DNA from: Octopus vulgaris
Lineage: Eukaryota
Direction of reading: 5' to 3'
Length of the DNA: 64,000 nt
NCBI GenBank assembly: GCA_951406725.2
Contig: OX597814.1
Coordinates: 29,698,001 to 29,762,000 of the forward strand
The notes under the pieces were generated by a model. It was not told where the DNA came from, ran no database searches, and saw only the letters and a program-made list of their open reading frames with translations. Every line of letters starts with the position of its first letter. The stretch's first letter is position 1. The translations under genes and the position numbers were made by a program. Positions 63,457-64,000 of the stretch are shown here, piece after piece.

Positions 63457-64000
63457 GCATACATATATATACATACATATGCATACATATGCATACATAT
63501 ATATACATACATATGCATACATATATATACATACATATATATATACATATATATATACATATACATACATATATATATATACATATACATACATATATAT
63601 ATACATATACATACATATATATATACATACATATATATATACATACATATATACATATACATACATATATATATACATATACATACATATATATATACAT
63701 ATACATACATATATATATATACATATACATACATATATATATACATATACATACATATATATATACATATACATACATATATATATACATATACATACAT
63801 ATATATATACATACATATGTATATATATATATGCATACATATATATACATACATATGTATACATATATATATATATGCATACATATATATATATATATGC
63901 ATACATATGTATACATATATATATATATGCATACATATATATATATATATGCATACATATATATATGTATATGCATACATATATATATATGCATACATAT
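62113..64000. repeat. (TACA/TATA)n array, at least 1.9 kb, runs off the window
   Basis: Directly visible. Confidence 0.95.

Noticed and set aside
56761-63998. Many long ORFs (up to 591 aa) rich in Y, I, H, T, M, C and V
   Set aside because: Translations of stop-free (TA/CA/TG)n microsatellite; open in several frames on both strands.

Overview
AT-rich, repeat-dense eukaryotic genomic DNA. The SINE families and huge (TA/CA)n arrays suggest an octopod cephalopod, but this is inference. I could assemble one protein-coding gene by hand: a minus-strand TRAF2-like gene with six phase-compatible GT-AG coding exons (56603-56380, 40988-40898, 39815-39711, 22641-22564, 20781-20719, 17280-16546). They give 1296 nt, or 431 aa: C3HC4 RING, only three TRAF zinc fingers, a short coiled coil and a MATH domain. 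The rest is mostly mobile-element debris: at least four SINE families, TTAA-flanked piggyBac-like MITEs, a complete non-autonomous Helitron and a Helitron helicase fragment, decayed DD34D mariner and DD37D (maT) elements, a hAT-like MITE, CR1-, RTE- and HERO-like LINE fragments, and Penelope-like palindromes. The most unusual signal is a 185-bp, 57% GC, CpG-rich, densely base-paired insert (25324-25508) in TRAF intron 3. It is flanked by a perfect 10-bp target-site duplication and matches no other element I can see in the window. Also notable are a SINE/LINE shared 3' tail with a covarying stem and two hammerhead-like palindromes. Most short ORFs in the supplied track are repeat or microsatellite artefacts.
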